Shown: positions 1 through 9,900 of the stretch, in pieces
Position numbering within the stretch: the first letter of the stretch is position 1
Layout of the letters: every line of letters begins with the position of its first letter
Source: Calditrichia bacterium
GTDB lineage: Bacteria > Calditrichota > Calditrichia > JAJRVZ01
Reading direction: 5' to 3'
Assembly (NCBI GenBank): GCA_963777955.1
Contig: CAVZSQ010000023.1
Coordinates: forward strand, 1-64,000
Length of the DNA: 64,000 nucleotides
Program-made: the position numbers and the translations under genes
Notes under the pieces: generated by a model
The model's database searches: none
Seen by the model: only the letters and a program-made list of their open reading frames with translations
Told to the model about the DNA's origin: nothing

Positions 1-1941
1 GATTGTCGGGGCGACCGATGGAATCTCGGATTTATCGAAATTCCTGGACTACTACCAGTGGATGCTGATAGTCTCAGGGAACATTCGGACGCCGATGAAG
101 ACCAGGATTGGCGTGACGGCAAAGATATGAACAATAATGGGGTATACGATGAAGGGGAAGATCCCGGAGATGATGTTGGCCTGGATGGCGTCGCTCCCGC
201 AGACCTGAATTACAACGGACCTGATGAGGGTGAAGGAAATCATCAACCGGATTGCGTATCCGGCATCGGGTGTGAACCAAATTTTAATTATACCGATGTG
301 CACGAAGGTGATATGCAGGGATTAACGACTCTGAAAATGATGCCCTTACCTTCCCATTCATCCTCGGTGCACTGGTTTCGGAATGACCGCTCCATGTGGG
401 AATTGCTTGACACAGGGGAGATAGATACATATTCCGGTGATCTTTCCAATCTGATTATTATATTGGCCTCAGGCCCTTCCATCTTATACAAGGGCCGGGA
501 CGCCTGGATATCTTTTGCGGAGATACATTCTTATGATGATTTGGAACTGCTGAATTCAGACGATCACCAGGCTCCCAATCTCTTCGAAAAAAAACAAATC
601 GCTCAGTTGATCTTTAATAATGATTACAGAATAGGAAATCTGAAGTATCGTCCGCAAAGAATATATGTCCCGGATGCTTACCCGACTATCCAGCAGGCGA
701 TTACTATGTCAAATCCTGGCGATACCATCTTGGTGCGTCCGGGTGAATATTTTGAGAATATCGCTATTTCCCAGCGGGAAGTTGTTCTGGCCAGTTTGTA
801 CCTTACCACTCACAATGCAAATTACATTTCAAATACCATAATCAACGGGGATAGCAGCGGTACGGTACTCTCCGTTTCCAACTGCACTAAGACCATCATC
901 TCGGGCTTTACCATCACTAATGGAAAAGCGCTGCGTGGCGGTGGGATTAGAATTTCAGAATCTTCCCCCGCTTTGAGGGATCTGATCATTCAAGACAACA
1001 GGGCTGATGATGGGGCGGGTATCTATACTTCAAGTTTTACATCCGACTCAACCGTGTGGAGCAATCTCAGGATCATCCATAATCGCGCCATGAAGAGCGG
1101 AGGAGGTCTCTATAGGGACGAGAGTATAAAGCAAATACTGAAGATTGAGAATTCATTGATCGCAGAAAATGTTGCGGTCAAAGGGCAGGGATTTTTTCTC
1201 TCCTGCGATTGGCAATCCCATATAGCAATTACCAATTCAACAATTACCGATAATATCCTGGCCGAATACTCAAACCTGTCGCTGGTGAATTGCATCGTAT
1301 GGCCTGAGATTCTCCCCTTCATTAACACTACCTCCGAAACCGCCACTAATCTGATAAACTTATTTTTTTGCGATCTAAAAGGGGGAAAATCGGAACTGGA
1401 TACCCTCCATAATTTTACTATTACTTTTGGAAATGGAAATATCGACCTGGATCCAGGATTTGTGGACGCGGCGAATATGGATTATAATCTGAAACCGGAA
1501 TCACCCTGCATTGATGCCGGAACAGACAGCATCGTTCTTTATTCGCCAATCGATCTTGCCAATAACGAGAGGATCTGGGACGGCGATGGGGATCAGATAC
1601 CGGTGATCGATATGGGTGCATTCGAATATGGTGCCGCGCCTGTAGTACAGCATCGGAATAAAAAAGATAAAATTGTCGATGTTTTTGCTTTTAAACAGAA
1701 CTACCCCAATCCCTTCAATCCATCGACAACTATTGAATTCTCCCTGCCCAAGACCGAATTTGTAATCCTGACTGTTTTCAACGTGCTCGGTCAACAGATT
1801 GTTACTCTTGTTTCTGAAAAACTTAATCCCGGCATCCATAAATACCAGTGGCAGACCAATAATCTGCCCAGTGGAATTTATTACTGCAGAATAAAAGCGG
1901 GTGAGTTTGAACAGGTACGGAAGATGGTCCTATTGAAGTGA
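1..1941 (+). CDS. Secreted multidomain protein, 5'-truncated by the window: Asp/Gly-rich putative Ca-binding N-terminal region, right-handed beta-helix (pectin-lyase-like) region, T9SS-type C-terminal sorting domain
   Basis: Frame open from base 1. D-x-[DN]-x-[DN]-G-type repeats, 'VPDAYPTIQQAI..GDTILV.PG.Y.ENI', GGG repeats, 'SPCIDAG..DMGAFE', and the CTD 'QNYPNPFNPSTTI..SGIYY..RKMVLLK'. Confidence 0.75.
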   Translation, partial: DCRGDRWNLGFIEIPGLLPVDADSLREHSDADEDQDWRDGKDMNNNGVYDEGEDPGDDVGLDGVAPADLNYNGPDEGEGNHQPDCVSGIGCEPNFNYTDVHEGDMQGLTTLKMMPLPSHSSSVHWFRNDRSMWELLDTGEIDTYSGDLSNLIIILASGPSILYKGRDAWISFAEIHSYDDLELLNSDDHQAPNLFEKKQIAQLIFNNDYRIGNLKYRPQRIYVPDAYPTIQQAITMSNPGDTILVRPGEYFENIAISQREVVLASLYLTTHNANYISNTIINGDSSGTVLSVSNCTKTIISGFTITNGKALRGGGIRISESSPALRDLIIQDNRADDGAGIYTSSFTSDSTVWSNLRIIHNRAMKSGGGLYRDESIKQILKIENSLIAENVAVKGQGFFLSCDWQSHIAITNSTITDNILAEYSNLSLVNCIVWPEILPFINTTSETATNLINLFFCDLKGGKSELDTLHNFTITFGNGNIDLDPGFVDAANMDYNLKPESPCIDAGTDSIVLYSPIDLANNERIWDGDGDQIPVIDMGAFEYGAAPVVQHRNKKDKIVDVFAFKQNYPNPFNPSTTIEFSLPKTEFVILTVFNVLGQQIVTLVSEKLNPGIHKYQWQTNNLPSGIYYCRIKAGEFEQVRKMVLLK

Positions 1942-1976
1942 TATTCCGATTTATTTCAAAATAAAAATTATCGAAT

Positions 1977-2014
1977 AAAAATGCCCTTCAGAGTTGATGG
2001 AGGGTATTTTTTTT
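1977..2014 (+). terminator. Rho-independent terminator
   Basis: AAAAATGCCCTTCA / TGGAGGGTATTTTT stem followed by a T run, just after the stop at 1941. Confidence 0.75.
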
Positions 2015-2113
2015 AATCCGGGCTCAAAATAGTGTCAAAAACACTCCTAAAATATTTCTTTTATAACCTTTCTATAACTTATTAATTAATATCAGGATAA
2101 ATAATCCATCTCA

Positions 2114-2214
2114 ATGGGACTTAAAATCCCATGTTCGGCAGATGCCGGACGTACCGGCCGGAGTCTCGATTTATCGGGACGGAAGTCTCCCCTTAGGGAG
2201 ACCTGCGGTCGGTA
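2114..2214 (+). pseudogene. 3' fragment of tRNA-Leu(TAA) with a disrupted T arm; probable att site of an integrated element
   Basis: Anticodon arm TGGGA-CTTAAAA-TCCCA, long variable arm GTTCGGC-AGAT-GCCGGAC, T-stem start ACCGG and acceptor-like end GGTCGGTA. There is no D arm or 5' half upstream, and the TTCG loop is replaced by two hairpins. Confidence 0.7.
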
Positions 2215-2217
2215 CAA

Positions 2218-2243
2218 AAAAATCCGGCTTATGCCGGATTTTT
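2218..2243. terminator. Bidirectional terminator-like hairpin
   Basis: AAAAATCCGGC-TTAT-GCCGGATTTTT between the tRNA fragment and the convergent mini-gene. Confidence 0.7.
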
Positions 2244-2289
2244 AATTTCGTATTTCGCACTTCGAGGTCGATTTTAATCAACCTGAACT

Positions 2290-2513
2290 TTATTTCATGA
2301 ATACCAGTTTCTTTGTTTCCTGGTATCCCCTGCTCTCCAATTTATAGAAATAGAGTCCACTGGACAGATTTTGTGCATTCCACTCTATTTTATGACTTCC
2401 CGCCGGTAATTCTTTATTTATTATTGCCGCGACTTCCTGTCCGGCCACATTATAAACTTTCAGAGAAACCAGACCTGATGATGGATCAATAATAATATAA
2501 CCGCCCTTTTCAT
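2290..2513 (-). pseudogene. Mini-gene or remnant: signal-peptide start fused directly to a T9SS-type CTD
   Basis: GGAGG RBS, then MKRAVILLLI, then after a 1-nt shift PSSGLVSLKVYNVAGQEVAAIINKELPAGSHKIEWNAQNLSSGLYFYKLESRGYQETKKLVFMK*. Not in the ORF track. Confidence 0.7.
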
Positions 2514-2929
2514 TTGCTCCTCCGTATTATTATCTAATCATTGATATAAAACGATATAAGTTATAATTTTTTAATTACTTCTTTATATAATTATTGAAAA
2601 TATTTATTAGGTTCCAGATTTGACTTACGCGAATTATATGTTATAAAATTGTCGTTGTCTAATACAATTCTCAAATTCCAAATTTTACCTAGCGCTTAAC
2701 CGGGAGAAGGCATTGTTAAATATTACCGCCAGATAACTTAAATCAGCAAATTGTATATCCAAGATTTTGTGGAATTTGGATTTTGGAATTTGGAGTTTAG
2801 GAACCGGATTTTGATTTATTTCTATTTGATAAATTTATTTTAATTGATAAATTTTTTGATAAGGGCAAATTAGAAAGATAGCATATATAATGTTCCGCGT
2901 AACTAAAGAAAATAAATAGTCCAATTCCC

Positions 2930-4934
2930 ATGCGTGTGCCCGCTCGTCCGTTCATTCGATTCTTAACCGGCATCCCGCTTATCTGCGGCTATTTCCTGCT
3001 GCTGGTATTGCTTTTAAAAATAGTTTTTGTGATTTCAAACTGGCCATCGTTCAGGTTGATCGAGTACGGCGCTATGGTCCGCAGTTTGTATAAAGGATTA
3101 CGGTTTGATTTTGCGGTGGTAGCTTATCTGGCCGGACCGGCAATCATTTTTTATCAGTTGGCAGCGCTGCTTAACCGGCGCGGGCTTATCTGGCTGTTAA
3201 TCGGTTACCTGAGTACCGTATCAATCGTAATATTATTTCTCTGGTTAGCGGATATACAATACTTCCAGGAAGCAGGAAAACATTTTACCTACGAAGCCTT
3301 TGTATATTTAAATACTTCTGTTATTCCGGTAATTTTGGGAGCATTCCGGCTGCATCCCTGGATTTCCGGTATATCACTGCTCAGTTGCCTGGCGCTGGGA
3401 GTTGCCACTACCCTGCTGTTTCAGCGCTTACTGGCTTATTGCCTGGTGCCCCTGCCGCTAAAACCGCTGGTTATACTACTCTATACTGTTCAGCTGGGGA
3501 TCCTGACCGGCCTGGGAATTATTGCCGCCCGGGGCGGAGTGCAACTTTATCCGATCAATATCAGTTATGCAATGATTTCGCCCAATCCTTACCTCAATGC
3601 CCTCTGCCTCAATCCGGTATATTCGGTACTCTATACCATCTTTCATTCTTCAAAGCAGATTCAATTTTTCGATGAAGCCTCCAATCTGCAAACAGTAAAA
3701 AACATGCTGCGGATCGAGGCCGATACTTCCGCTGCCGGTGCCCCTAGGTGCCCCTAAAGGGGCACCGGCCAAATATCCGCTGTTACGGATGTCGCCGGGT
3801 ATGGACCAGGGCAATCGCAGAAATATCGTAATGATCATTCTGGAAAGCTGGTCGGCCAAGGATATGGGCTGCCTGGGCGGTGAGACTGATTTCACGCCGT
3901 CATTCGATCAATTGTCCGGGCAGGGATTATTATTCACCAACTTCTATGCCACCGGTATCCGCACTTCGGAAGGTGTTTTTACCATACTGTGCTCTTTCCC
4001 CAATCAACCCCTGCAACCGATCATGCATCTGCCGGTGGTACAGCAGATCCACTGGCGCCCGATCAGCCAGATCCTGGCCGAAGCGGGTTATAGAAATGTT
4101 TTTATTCACGGCCGCGAACTGGATTTTGACGGTATACATGAATTCCTGCACTATATTCACTTTCATACAATTATCGACCGCAATGATTTTCCCCCTACGG
4201 CCATACCGGCGAAGGATTCCTGGCCTGGTTACCATGATGAAGATGTGATGCGCCGGGCTGACGAGGAATTTGCCGCCCAATATCCCGCTCAGCCTTTCTT
4301 CGGTATCATTTATACCATGAACACTCACCCGCCCTTTGTCACACCGGATGGCTTTCCGCAAGTTGTACCACCGTCGTCCATGCAAAATAAATATTTAAAT
4401 TCGTTGAAATATTCGGATCATGCTTTGCAAATTTTCTTTGCCCTGGCCCGGGAAAGATCCTATTTTAAAAATACCATCTTCATCCTGGTTGCCGATCATA
4501 CCCGCACCAAGGATAATTTCAATCTGTCCAATCAGCACCACATTCCCCTGCTTATCTACGCCCCCGGCATTATTGATCCAGGGATCAATCCAGTCTTGAG
4601 CAGCCAGGTGGATCTGCTGCCGACAATTCTTGGATTATTGAATTTGCGCACCTGGCATAGTGCCTGGGGGCAGGACTTGTTAAACCTAGATCCCGCTGCT
4701 GGATTTGCTATATCGGTAGTGGGTAATGACGTGCGCTGGCATGACCGGGCTTATCTGCTCAACGATGGTTTATCGAAAACGCCGCCGCTGCTCTTTGATG
4801 TAATCCGGGACCCGGATTGTACAACCGATATCTGGCTGCAACAGACACAAACCGGAATCGAAATTCAAACCAAACTGCGGGCTTACGTGTCCTTGAGCCA
4901 GACTCTGCTTTATCAAAACAGGGTTTATCCCTGA
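2930..4934 (+). CDS. LTA synthase family / sulfatase-like membrane phosphoglycerol transferase, split by a 10-bp duplication at 3737-3756
   Basis: Five N-terminal TM segments with 'GLRFD', then 'NIVMIILESW', 'GIRTSEG', 'TMNTHPPF', 'YSDHAL', 'VADH', 'HIPLLIYAP', 'SQVDLLPTIL'. ORFs 2930-3757 and 3738-4934. Confidence 0.85.
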
Positions 4935-4959
4935 GAAATATTTTGTTATTAGAATGACA

Positions 4960-5054
4960 AGATTCCTCATCCCGATCCGGCGGTGCCGGACGGGATTCGG
5001 AATGACATTTAATGCCTGTCATTTCGAAACTGCCGCTAGGCAGGTGAGAAATCT
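4960..5054. repeat. Pair of REP-like GTCATT...GAGAAATCT palindromic elements with nested hairpins
   Basis: AGATTCCTC..CGGAATGACA and GTCATTTCGA..GAGAAATCT in inverted arrangement between convergent genes; a related cluster lies at 24324-24466. Confidence 0.7.
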
Positions 5055-5060
5055 TATCAA

Positions 5061-6471
5061 CTACATCTGCTTTACCGCAGCTGAGTCCTTCCTGCTCCAG
5101 AAAAAATAAAATGGCAGGGAGACCACGATCAGTATAATTCCCACAACTGCATTGCGGGTGTCGGCAAACAGTGTATTATATAGAAACCAGCCGGCGATGG
5201 CCACGAAAGCCAGTGTGGCGTAAGGATATCCCCAGGCCTTGTACGGTCTGGGCACGTCCGGCATTTTACGTCGTAAGATAATTACCGAAAGAACAGTCAG
5301 TGCATAGAAAGCCCACGAGGCAAAAACCACATACGAGGTTATCTGTTCAAAGGTACCGCTCAGCGTCAGCAGGCAAGCCCAGACTCCCATGGCCAGAATG
5401 GCCAGATAAGGTGTTTTATACCGCGGGTGAACTTTACTTAATTTTTGAGTGAAGGTTCCGTCAATCCCGGCTGCATAAATTGAACGCGGACCACTGAGCA
5501 ACTGGCCGTTGGTAGTACCGAAAGTCGAGCACAAAATACCGATAATAATCAGAGCAGCACCGACCGGACCGAAGACAGTGGTAGCCACATCCGCAGCAAT
5601 ATGAGGTGAACCGGCCATATCCCGCAGCGGGATAATAGAGGAATAGGCCAGGTTGGCCGAGATGTACAATACGATCACGACCAATGTTCCGATCATTAAG
5701 GAGAGCGGAACATTTCGCTGCGGATTCTTGAATTCCCCCGCATTTAAACTGATCGATAGCCAGCCGTCATACGCCCATAATGCTGAGATCATAGCCAGAC
5801 CGAAACCGACGGTCAATTGATTGGTCCATTGTTCAGGCCACCAGGGCAGAAAATTCGCAGTACTACCTTTACTGGAAAAAAAGGCCGCCAGGATCAATCC
5901 GATCAAGGCAACAACTTTAGCGGTTGTAAATACAGTCATAATCCAGCCGCCGAATTTTACACCCCGCACATTAATCAGGGTGACCAGGATTATGATCGTC
6001 ATGGCCACCACCTGATTCCAGCCGAAGCTGAATTCCATGGCCCGTCCGAACAGGGACCAGGGTTGGCGGAAAAAGACCTGGTCTGGTAATAGCACCGGAA
6101 AAAAGTAACCGAGAAAAGTCGCAAAAGCGATGGCGATGGCCGCAGCGGAACCTGCTTTATTAATAAAGAAATCATTCCAGTCTGAACATGAAAGCCCAGA
6201 TACGGCCGAAACTCCGCCGGAGATAGACATAAGGACCACCGGCCTGCGGAAGTATCGAACTCAGTTCGGCCACTGTTATGGCGCCGAACAGGGTCAACAG
6301 GCCGGCTACAATCCAGACCAGTAAGATCGGACCCATGGCCTGCAGGTGTCCGGCGATCGTAGCCGGAACGATGAAAATGCCCGAACCGATTATTAAACCG
6401 ATATGTATGGCGATACCTTCACGCAAACCCAGGGCGCGCAGGAGTTGTGGCTGTGATTTTTCTGCCGGCAT
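5061..6471 (-). CDS. APC-family amino acid permease (frameshift near 6185)
   Basis: 'IIGSGIF..P', 'AELSSILPQAGGPYVYL', 'WAYDGW', 'E.KNPQRNVP', 'RPYKAWGYP'. ORFs 6172-6525 and 5061-6239 join; the start could extend to 6525. Confidence 0.9.
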
Positions 6472-6633
6472 GGCTAGCCCCTGTTCTTCAACAGAATTAT
6501 GGCACTGAATTGTTTTTATATCCACTCTCCTGATTTTAATAATGATGTTGGGATCGATTGTTAACCTGTCGATAAAACATACCCCTTAATTTCACATAAT
6601 TCAACAATGAATTGAAGAAAACAGATTCAAAAG

Positions 6634-6649
6634 ATTGAATCGTTTTAAT
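6634..6649. promoter_or_regulatory. Putative LacI-type operator
   Basis: ATTGAATCGTTTTAAT matches the perfect palindrome at 14938-14953 at 14/16 positions and has the central CG. Confidence 0.5.
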
Positions 6650-6716
6650 TTGATCAAAAGAAATCTGGAAAAAAATTCAGAAAAATTATTCTTTATAAAT
6701 TCTTACTGACCTTAAC

Positions 6717-6745
6717 TTGACTATGTGAAAAAGTGAATTTATATT
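6717..6745 (+). promoter_or_regulatory. sigma70-type promoter for module 1
   Basis: TTGACT-17 bp-TATATT, about 210 bp upstream of the receptor start. Confidence 0.6.
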
Positions 6746-6953
6746 ATCAACTATTAATGTCATTCTAGAAGCATGGAGCCATGCTTCCAATTTTTTTCAT
6801 ACCTATGCTATTTTAAAAAAGTTAAGTCGTATTTACGATCAGTGAATGAGTGAAGTGCGTGGATTTCATTTGTTATTAAAATGTAATTCAGGAGCAAAAA
6901 TCTCACCTTTGAATCATACAGTAATACAACCTAATTGCAAGGAGAAACGAAAG

Positions 6954-9900
6954 ATGAAGATGTTTAGACGGTTCATTGTACCGATTTTGCTGTTGATAGT
7001 GATAGCAGCACCTGCACTTTGGTCGGGAACAACCGGTAAGGTTGCCGGGATCATCACCGATAAGGCGTCTGGTGATCCTCTTCCTGCAGCGAATGTCATG
7101 ATCGCAGGAACTATGTTAGGTGCAGCAACCGATATGAACGGTGAATTCACCATTCTGTATGTTCCACCGGGAACTTACAATGTTCAGGTTTCTTACATCG
7201 GTTACGGCAGTGTCACGGTCAGCGACGTCAGGGTATACATTGACCAGACAGCCAGGGTGGACATTGCTCTGGAAACGCAGGCATACGAAGCGAGTGCCAC
7301 AGTTGTCTGGGCTGAACGGTCAAAAATCAGGAAAGATGTGTCTACCAGCGTAGTGGCCATCAATGACAAAGAAATCGAAGCCCTGCCGGTTACCAATGTA
7401 GTCAGTATTATCGGTTTACAGGCCGGTATCCGCGGTGGCTGGACCGGTAGTCTCGGTTACGCCGAGCAACCGGAATTCGTTTCCAACTATTCACGCGGCA
7501 AGGTCAGTGTCCAGGGTGGATTGAGTATTCGCGGCGGAGAGGGTGACAACATTCTATTTTTAGTTGACGGTATTACCCTGCGCGATCCCAGAAACAATGA
7601 ACCTCTGACCGGTATCCCGGTAAGTTCCGTTAAGGAAGTATCCGTAGAACGCGGTGGCTTCAGCGCTGAATACGGACAGGTCCGATCCGGTATCGTTAAT
7701 ACGATCAGCCAGGAAGGGAGCAAAATTGGTTACAGCGGAAATATGCAGGTCCGCGTCAGACCCCCGGCAGCAAAATACTGGCAGGGTAAGGGTATTAAAG
7801 ATGTACAGGATCCATATTCCTTCGCCTTGCGTCCCTTTTTCGATCCTGATGTCGCCTGGACTGGAACAGGTAACGGGGCCTGGGATCAATGGACTATGAA
7901 ACAATACCCGACATTTATAGGCTGGAACAAAGTTTCGCAGACACTTTGTACCGACAATGATCCAAATAATGATTTGACCCCCGAAGGTGCGCAACGGGCT
8001 TTTATGTATGAGACCAGGAAAAAAATAATCAATGATCAACCTGATTGGACCATTGATGCCGGTTTCGGCGGACCGATTCCATTTATCAGCAAAAATCTGG
8101 GGAATCTGCGCTTTTACACCGCCATTCGCACTTCCCGCGATGTATTGCTCGTGCCGTTAACCCGATCCGACTACCGGGATTATAACTGGACAGCACAATT
8201 AGTTTCGGATATCACTCCGACCATGAAACTGCGTATAAACGGATTACTGGGTAAACAATATACTATACGGCACAACTGGGATGCGACCGGAATTTACTAT
8301 TATCCGCATTACCCCAATGAGATTGCCAATGTGGCCAGCTATATCCAGGCCTCATCCGACCTGCCCGGACTGTTCTCTAATTTCAACTTTAGTTTATCGG
8401 ATGTCGGACAACAATCCCTGGCAGCCAAGTTTACTCATACTTTCAGTTCAAAAACAAGTTATGAAGTCTCAGTTGAACATTTCCGCCGGGATTACTTTAC
8501 GCGTCCAACGGCATTGCGCGATACATCTTTGAAATATGAAATCCTGCCCGGTTATTATCAGGACAGTAATCCAATGGGTTATTGGCCTGCTGGTACTAAC
8601 GGTGTGTTACTTTCCGGGAAAATGATGCATGTTTCCAAAGCACGCGATAATACTGTGGTTAATGCGACTACCTTTAAAGCCGATTTCATGAGCCAGCTTA
8701 ATTTTCAAAATTTATTAAAAGCAGGCGTCGAATTTAATTATAACGATCTGGACTTTGACTATGGCACCGTCGCTTCGGGTTCAGAGGGCAAGGTCTATTC
8801 AAGCCGGGTTAAGATGCGTGTGTTCCCCATCCGGGGTGCTTTGTATATTCAGGATAAACTGGAAACGCAGGGATTTACTCTGAACGCCGGGTTGCGTCTG
8901 GATTATACCGATTCCAACATCGAATGGTATAATGTGGATCCATATAATGCAGCCTTCTTCTCTTCCGATTATAACGCCACTCAGGTATTTACCAAACAAA
9001 AATCAAAAGGGACCTGGGATTGGAGCCCGCGTTTAGGTATTGCTCACCCGATCACTGAGAATTCCAAATTATTCTTCAATTATGGACATTATAAACAGGT
9101 TCCTCAATATGAAAGCTTGTACCGCCTGCAACGTAATGATACCGACCAGATGACCAGTTTTGGCAATCCGGATCTCTCACTGGCCAAAACCATCTCCTAC
9201 GAATTGGGTTATGATCATATCCTATTCGAAGATTATACGCTGCAGATCGCTGCTTTTTATAACGACATCTCAGATCAACAGGATTTTACTCTGTATAACT
9301 CCACGGCGATAGGTTTCGCCTACACCCAGGCTACTTCCAACAATTACGAAGATATCCGCGGATTCGAAGTGACCTTGCGTAAGAATCGTGGACGCTGGTG
9401 GTCAGGTTTTGCCAATTATACCTATCAGGTGAACACCCGCGGGCATTTCAACAGTTCACGGATGTTTGATAACGTATCGGATCAAAAGAATTGGGATGAA
9501 GCAACCATCAATCTGTATCAGGATCGTCCCATACCGCAGCCTTACGCCAGGGCAAATCTGAGTTTCTATACTCCGGATGATTATGGACCACAGGTTCTGG
9601 GACATAATATATTCGGTGGCTTCCTGGTAAATGCTTTGTTGGATTGGCAGGATGGTTACTGGACAACCTGGAATTACAACAACCTGGCTTCCATAGCCTA
9701 TAATGTACAGGCCATAGATTTCTTCAATACGGTTTTACGGGTGGAGAAAATCGTACCGGTAAGTAAATTCAGGGTACAAGTATTCATGGACATCAATAAT
9801 GTCTTTAATACACTACGTCTGTGGAATACAGCCGACCAGGATTATATGCTGTCGCTGCACCTGCCCAAGAGCGAAGCCTACCCGAATATTCCCGGAGATG

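Noticed and set aside
2114..2214. Functional tRNA-Leu gene, or a tRNA with an intron
   Set aside because: No 5' acceptor strand or D arm upstream and no TTC loop; the insert is two short repeat hairpins, not a self-splicing intron.
6846..6953. N-terminal extensions in the ORF track (also at 10201 and 52560)
   Set aside because: A better RBS and signal peptide support starts at 6954, 10231 and 52521.
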